Source: an uncultured cyanobacterium (GTDB lineage Bacteria > Cyanobacteriota > Cyanobacteriia > Pseudanabaenales > Pseudanabaenaceae). Taken from it: a DNA stretch of 64,000 bases. The notes beneath the pieces were generated by a model. It was given only the letters and a program-made list of their open reading frames with translations. It did no database searches and was not told where the DNA came from. Each line of letters starts with the position of its first letter. Positions within the stretch are counted from its first letter, which is position 1. Where the stretch lies: positions 832,001 through 896,000 of the forward strand of contig OY969811.1 of the NCBI GenBank assembly GCA_963703315.1, written 5' to 3'. Of this stretch, positions 58,493-64,000 are shown one piece after another. The translations under genes and the position numbers were made by a program.

Positions 58493-59851
58493 GATCCAAC
58501 TACGCAACCACATTAGCACGGGCAAATAACCTGAGGAGATCGGTAAACCGATATAAATTGGTAGCCAGAAGATAAAAGCGATCGCGACTAGCCCAAAAAT
58601 TGTTGAGCCGATCGCCCTGATATTTGGTAAAGGCGATCGCCACATTATGGATACCAATAGGGCAAGGGCGGCAAAGGCAAACACGGAGGCAGGCATATAG
58701 TGATATAGAAATATGCAACGCTTACTTAAGCTCCAAGGCAACCAATGGGCAAGAAAACTAACTATTACATAGAGCGCAAACCAGAATAAAGGCGATCGCT
58801 CGCGTGGATGAATATTTGTTAATGACTTGGGCGGGAATCTAAATTTAGAGACAATCACAAAAGTGAGGCAGACTAACAGGGCGATCGCACTCAGCCAATA
58901 TAAAAATGGATTGCCCATCGCATGGACAAATTCCACCATGCTATTGGGGCGCATTTCAAAAAAATAAGCAACTGGGCGAATTAATAGCACCCAACTCCAC
59001 CAAGGCGAACAATAGGGATGAATCGGTTCCGTTTTGCCAACGCCTAAATTTTGATGAAAGCCAAGAATCTGTCGATGCAGTTCCCAAATATCGCGTTCGG
59101 GATTAATCATTAAATGAGGAATCCACTGCACAAAGTAGAAGGCGATCGGCAGAATAATTAATCCAATTACAATTTGGGCGACATTCAAGCTTTGCCGATA
59201 ACGCGACCATGCATAGACAGCGAGTGCCACAATACCAACAATATAAGGCAATCCCGTCCATTTCACGCTCACCGATGCACCAAACATTAAACCTGTGGCG
59301 ATCGTCCAAATCCATCGTTGTCGCGATCGCTTCAGGGCAAGCACCATACATAACTGGCTCAGCATCCCGAACAACAAAATATAGATATTGATTAAGCCAA
59401 AGCGTGACTCTACCAATAGCAATCCATCCATCGCCACAAACCAACCCGTTAGCCATGCCCAACTGCGGCGATCGCTCAGTTGCCAAATAAATTCATAGGT
59501 AATTAAGGGTAATAGCGAACCTGCGAGGGCAGTCATCAACCGATAGCCTAGGGGTGCATAACCAAAAATCTGAATTCCTAAAGCAATGATGTACTTTGCT
59601 AATGGCGGATGAGCATCAAATAAAGTTTCGCCACGTAAATAGTTTTGAGCAAATTTGGGATAATAAACCTCATCAAAAACTATATCGGCTGTGCCATCCA
59701 AATTCCAAAAGCGCGTGGCAAATGCAACCAAAGCGATCGCCATTACCCCAAATACTGGATGTTCTGACAACCAAATTAGTCGATCGGATAGTCGATCAAA
59801 CACTCGAACGAAGGGATTAATAATTAGGCGATCGCTACCTTCATTTGCCAT
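58490..59851 (-). CDS. Protein O-mannosyltransferase (PMT/GT39) family
   Basis: VFDEVYY, DAHPPLAK, ESRFGL, HPYCSPWWSW, FLYHYMP. Confidence 0.9.
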   Translation of the reverse strand: MANEGSDRLIINPFVRVFDRLSDRLIWLSEHPVFGVMAIALVAFATRFWNLDGTADIVFDEVYYPKFAQNYLRGETLFDAHPPLAKYIIALGIQIFGYAPLGYRLMTALAGSLLPLITYEFIWQLSDRRSWAWLTGWFVAMDGLLLVESRFGLINIYILLFGMLSQLCMVLALKRSRQRWIWTIATGLMFGASVSVKWTGLPYIVGIVALAVYAWSRYRQSLNVAQIVIGLIILPIAFYFVQWIPHLMINPERDIWELHRQILGFHQNLGVGKTEPIHPYCSPWWSWVLLIRPVAYFFEMRPNSMVEFVHAMGNPFLYWLSAIALLVCLTFVIVSKFRFPPKSLTNIHPRERSPLFWFALYVIVSFLAHWLPWSLSKRCIFLYHYMPASVFAFAALALLVSIMWRSPLPNIRAIGSTIFGLVAIAFIFWLPIYIGLPISSGYLPVLMWLRSWI

Positions 59852-59923
59852 AACAGATCGCTTTTAAAATAAGACGGTTGAGGATGTAGAGAAATTTTGT
59901 AAGCTGTAAAAAAAATCGATAAC

Positions 59924-60169
59924 CTAGCGCTCAAATAAGCTACGTATAAGTTCATCTTTTGTCAAGCCAAAATGATTAGCGATATCAGCTAGGATTGCAG
60001 ATAGAGTGCCAACTCGCAAAGGATTGTGATAGGGGATTGTAACGTTATGTTCGCCATTTTGTTGAGTAGTCAAGCGTATATGGCTACCAGTTTGACGAGT
60101 GTTTTCATAGCCAAATTTACTCAGAAGTTTTACTAAATCTGCACCTGAAATATCGCGGGGTATTCTCAT
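59924..60169 (-). CDS. hicA: HicA-family toxin
   Basis: GY..TRQTGSHIRL..HNVTIP.H..LRVGTL..IL. Confidence 0.88.
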   Translation of the reverse strand: MRIPRDISGADLVKLLSKFGYENTRQTGSHIRLTTQQNGEHNVTIPYHNPLRVGTLSAILADIANHFGLTKDELIRSLFER

Positions 60170-60372
60170 ACAGCAATAACTTCTTCGCGAATAAAGTGCA
60201 AGCGAATTATTCTTGGTAAAACTGTTTCATCAAAATGACAACGAACTGCATCACGGATTAGCGCGTATAGTTCATCTAAAGAATCGGCTTCTGTGAAAAT
60301 AGATGCGCTTAAAGCACGGGCAATATAGCCGCCTTCATCGGCATCTTCGATAATAAACATGATCTCGTTCAT
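60166..60372 (-). CDS. HicB-like antitoxin
   Basis: IIEDADEGGYIARA..SIFTEADSL.EL..IRDAVRCHF; ATGA-coupled to hicA. Confidence 0.82.
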   Translation of the reverse strand: MNEIMFIIEDADEGGYIARALSASIFTEADSLDELYALIRDAVRCHFDETVLPRIIRLHFIREEVIAV

Positions 60373-60454
60373 TGATTTACCATTTTGTGAGCATAAATTT
60401 ATCATCGCTACTTTCATATTTTGCCATAGGCGATCGCTGTCAGGAGAAGATGGT

Positions 60455-60640
60455 TTATCGTTCAAATAAACGAATTGTTTTTGGTAAAATGGCTTCATCA
60501 AAATGACAGCGAACTGCATCACGGATTAGATCGTATAGTTCTTCTAAAGAATCGGCTTCTGTAAAAATGGATGCACCTAAAGCACGGGCAATGTATCCGC
60601 CTTCATCGGCATCTTCGATAATAAACATGATCTCGTTCAT
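60455..60640 (-). CDS. Second HicB-like copy ending in the last 4 codons of hicA
   Basis: Near-identical to 60166-60372 but ends LFER like HicA. Confidence 0.75.
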   Translation of the reverse strand: MNEIMFIIEDADEGGYIARALGASIFTEADSLEELYDLIRDAVRCHFDEAILPKTIRLFER

Positions 60641-60853
60641 TAATTACCTTTACTTTGCTGGCATAAATGTATTATCGCTACTTTCATATTTTGCCATAGC
60701 CGATCGCTGCCTAGAGACGACGATTGATCGCTGCGGTTTTAGATGTTGCGAATAATCAAGCATCAAGTTTTGCATAGGCTAGTCTAATTTTGTGATAAAA
60801 AAATGGTGTTTCGGGCTATAACAGGTTTAACAGAAAAATTGGTTGAGTGAAAT

Positions 60854-63800
60854 ATGGCACGAGATGAATGGTATTTGGAAGCTGAAAGGCGGATTGAGGA
60901 GGCACGGCAATCTGGAGCTACAGAATTAGATCTCAGTGGTTTAGAGTTAACGGAAGTGCCAGAGGCGATTTCATCTCTTACCCAGCTACAAACGCTTAAA
61001 CTCTCCTACAACCTATTAACAGAAATATCAGAGGCGATCGCATCTCTTAACCAGTTAAAAACACTTAACCTATCTGACAACCAATTAACAGAACTGCCAG
61101 AGGCAATCGCATCTCTCACCCAGTTAAAAATACTTGATCTTTCCAGCAACAAATTAAGAGAACTGCCAGAGGTGATCTCATCTCTTAAACAGTTACGAAC
61201 GCTTCATCTTTTTTTCAACCAATTAACATCATTACCTGAATCGCTTAACAATCTTTCTAAACTAGAAGCAATAACGATTTCCGAAAATAAATTTATTTCA
61301 TTCCCCAATGTGATCGCAAAATTGAGGAATTTGAAAGAATTCTATGCAATTGGCAACGAAATTGATGAAATACCTAGTGAAATCAGTAATTTAGAAAATT
61401 TATCACAACTTTACTTAGGAGGTAGTAGTATTTCTAGCTATTGTGTTTGGGGAGGAGACAAAAAGAGTGGAAATAAACTATCTTCGATACCTTCCAGTTT
61501 CACTAAACTTAAGAATCTAGTTGTACTCGAACTAGATGGAAATCCCCTCAATCCCGATCTTGCTGCTGCCAATGAACAAGGTATTGAAGCAGTTATGCAA
61601 TATCTCAGAGCCAAGGCGGAGGGAGAGGTAGCCCTGAATGAAGCCAAACTCATTTTAGTAGGTGAGGGAGAAGTAGGTAAAAGTTGTTTGTTAGGCGCAT
61701 TGCGTTGCGAACCTTGGGTGGACGGTCGCCCGACAACTCACGGGATTGAGATTAAATCTGTTATTGTCACTGCTCCTGACGGTACTACAGAAATTACTCT
61801 AAATGGTTGGGATTTTGGTGGACAAAGGGTTTATCGTCCTACACACCCATTGTTTTTCAGTGCGCCTGCGGTGTATCTAGTTGTATGGAAACCCCGCGAA
61901 GGTCCCCAACAGGGCTTTGTCAAAGAATGGATTACGCTGATCAAACATCGCGAACCAGATGCAAAAGTGTTAGTAGTCGCAACTCATGGAGGTCCTGGAC
62001 AGCGCCAGCCCGATATCGATCGCCAAGAACTGATTGACCTATTTGGTAGCGATACCGTCGTTGACTTCTTCCATGTCGATAGCAAACCCAATGCCGAAAA
62101 CCAATATTGTCATGGGATCGGTGAATTGCGGGAGGCGATCTCTAATATTGCTGCCGCTTTACCTGGAATGGGTCGAACCGTTCCTACTAAATGGCAACAT
62201 ATTCGAGAAACCTTAGACGCATCAGGAAAGACTCATTTACCCTATAGCGAAGTGATCGCCATCTGTGAAGAACAAGGGCTAGAAGGATTTGCCGCCGAAT
62301 TATTTATTCGGGTTTCGCACACGCTCGGTTATTTGATTCATTACCATTACGACAGTACCCTAAAAGATTTTGTCATCCTCAAACCCGACTGGTTAGCCAA
62401 AGCAATCAGCTTTATCCTAGACGATGACACTACCCGCCGCCGCAATGGGTTAGTAGAGTTTACACACCTCATCCAATTATGGAGCCACCCTCCCTTTGCG
62501 GGCGAAACAGGCTATCCCAAAGAACTCCATCCTGTCTTTTTGCGATTAATGGAACGCTTCGATTTATCCTACAAAGTCGTACTCGATCCATCGCAACCAA
62601 GCACCACTAGCCTAATTGCCCAACTAGTACTCGACAACCGCCCCGATCGACTACCAAATTGGGAAGATCAACCCGAAACAGGCGATCGGCAACAGGTACA
62701 GATTTGTCGGATTGTCGATGAGCGTGGACAACTTGCTAATGCGGAAGGATTGTTTTATCAACTGATTGTGCGCTTACACAAGTATTCGCTAGGACGTAAC
62801 AACTACGAAAAAAGCGTTCACTGGCAAAGGGGCTTAATGCTCGAAAATGGCTATAACGGTCGTGCCTTGCTAGAACATATCGGTACAGATGTCAAAATTA
62901 CAGTCCGCGCCGCCTATCCAGAGAGATTTCTATCCTATCTCACCGAAGAAATTAAATGGCTGATCGAAAATCCTAACAATCCCTTTGGTTGGAAAGGCTT
63001 ACGCTGTAACGTTATGGTTTCTTGCATTGAGCCTTGCGGGATGAATGAAATTGGTTATGGACTATTTGAAGTACAGAAACTCATCGAAAGCAAAAAGAAG
63101 AATCGAAATGAGTATCCTTGTTCCGTTTCAGGTTGCGATGAATGGCAGAATATCGACAAGCTCCTTTACAACGCTCCAATTGGGCAACCACCAGTACAAG
63201 AAGTCTTGAGCGAAAAACTGACAGATGTACAAGCGACATTACAAATCATTCGCAAAGAACTGCTCGTAAAAGATCAACGAGACCAAATAAGGTATCAGGA
63301 CTTAAGCGAAAAACAACGTGCCACAATGAGCCAAGTCGATCAGCAGTTTGGGGATCTAATCCAAATGCTCACCGATGAAGCCAAAGATGGACCAAGATTG
63401 TTTAGCTTTATGCCTGTTGACCCGAAATTCTTTGATATGCCCGATTGGATCAAAGCCAAGTTTCAAATCACCCTCTGGTGTGAACATTCCCGCCAACCCT
63501 TACCAGTTCTAAATCCTGCGGGAAGCAAACAAGGAATTTATGAGTTAGATCTGCCCCGCGAGTGGTTTGTCAAAGCTGCCCCTCTCCTCAAAACGATGTC
63601 CGTTACCTTGAGCTTAATTTTGCCAGTCGCAAGTTCTGCCACCAAATTTATGTTGGACGACACAACCTACAAGGGGATCGAAGAACAACTAGATTTAGGT
63701 CAAAAAAGTTTGGAATCAGTCGTTAAGACCAGCGATATCGCAACTACTTGGCAATCCAAAGCCGATAAAACTAAACTAGAACATGGCGAAGCAATTCGTG

Positions 63801-63934
63801 CTGAAGGCGCAATGTTGCGATCGCTCCATGCCCTCTTGAAACAAAAAGATCCTAGCTTTGGTGGACTGATCCAAGTGCAAAACAAACGCCGCGAGTTTCT
63901 ATGGGTACATCCCCAATTTGTAAATGAGTACTAG
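60854..63934 (+). CDS. Roco protein (LRR-Roc GTPase-COR + unknown C-domain)
   Basis: 23-aa LRRs, GEGEVGKS, THGIEI, WDFGGQ, VATH, COR LKPDWL. Confidence 0.9.
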   Translation: MARDEWYLEAERRIEEARQSGATELDLSGLELTEVPEAISSLTQLQTLKLSYNLLTEISEAIASLNQLKTLNLSDNQLTELPEAIASLTQLKILDLSSNKLRELPEVISSLKQLRTLHLFFNQLTSLPESLNNLSKLEAITISENKFISFPNVIAKLRNLKEFYAIGNEIDEIPSEISNLENLSQLYLGGSSISSYCVWGGDKKSGNKLSSIPSSFTKLKNLVVLELDGNPLNPDLAAANEQGIEAVMQYLRAKAEGEVALNEAKLILVGEGEVGKSCLLGALRCEPWVDGRPTTHGIEIKSVIVTAPDGTTEITLNGWDFGGQRVYRPTHPLFFSAPAVYLVVWKPREGPQQGFVKEWITLIKHREPDAKVLVVATHGGPGQRQPDIDRQELIDLFGSDTVVDFFHVDSKPNAENQYCHGIGELREAISNIAAALPGMGRTVPTKWQHIRETLDASGKTHLPYSEVIAICEEQGLEGFAAELFIRVSHTLGYLIHYHYDSTLKDFVILKPDWLAKAISFILDDDTTRRRNGLVEFTHLIQLWSHPPFAGETGYPKELHPVFLRLMERFDLSYKVVLDPSQPSTTSLIAQLVLDNRPDRLPNWEDQPETGDRQQVQICRIVDERGQLANAEGLFYQLIVRLHKYSLGRNNYEKSVHWQRGLMLENGYNGRALLEHIGTDVKITVRAAYPERFLSYLTEEIKWLIENPNNPFGWKGLRCNVMVSCIEPCGMNEIGYGLFEVQKLIESKKKNRNEYPCSVSGCDEWQNIDKLLYNAPIGQPPVQEVLSEKLTDVQATLQIIRKELLVKDQRDQIRYQDLSEKQRATMSQVDQQFGDLIQMLTDEAKDGPRLFSFMPVDPKFFDMPDWIKAKFQITLWCEHSRQPLPVLNPAGSKQGIYELDLPREWFVKAAPLLKTMSVTLSLILPVASSATKFMLDDTTYKGIEEQLDLGQKSLESVVKTSDIATTWQSKADKTKLEHGEAIRAEGAMLRSLHALLKQKDPSFGGLIQVQNKRREFLWVHPQFVNEY

Positions 63935-64000
63935 TTGTACGGGGATAGTCTAAGTGCGATCGCTATCATTTGACATAATTTACTGCTCTCGATTACTAAA

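Larger units (their letters stand above)
1..64000. repeat. HIP1 octamer GCGATCGC, dispersed at high density
   Basis: Many copies in core genes (sometimes overlapping as gcgatcgcgatcgc); apparently absent from about 42300-47900 and 54158-56668. Confidence 0.95.

Noticed and set aside
60373..60522. 118-aa extended HicB ORF
   Set aside because: The extension runs through the duplicated upstream region and overlaps the second copy; the paralogue shows the start is MNEIMF

Overview
Chromosomal window from a cyanobacterium, inferred from dense HIP1 GCGATCGC sites and from sasA, flv1, ctaCDE, CRR6 and CpcD-domain genes; the repeat style suggests Pseudanabaena, but that is inference. Housekeeping genes (ctaCDE, cbiET/cbiD/cobM, nadA, hisH, surE, a DnaJ-class chaperone) are interleaved with AT-rich accessory blocks. 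These are a Septu-like ATPase+HNH pair, a Wzt-dependent polysaccharide cluster with an inserted two-gene cassette, a defence-like island at 51-57 kb, a duplicated hicBA locus and a Roco (LRR-Roc-COR) gene. Three observations stand out. (1) recJ is split into two open ORFs: the catalytic DHH half ends in a stop codon supplied by a hairpin, and the DHHA1/OB half is fused behind an HsdR-N-like (DUF4145) domain, with a Uma2 gene between them. (2) About 20 intergenic hairpins share a GC-rich triloop core but have locus-specific arms that often contain the stop codons of flanking genes. (3) A CpcD-domain protein carries a ~480-aa acidic repetitive tail. I saw no rRNA, tRNA or CRISPR array. All family assignments come from motif recognition by eye; no searches were run.
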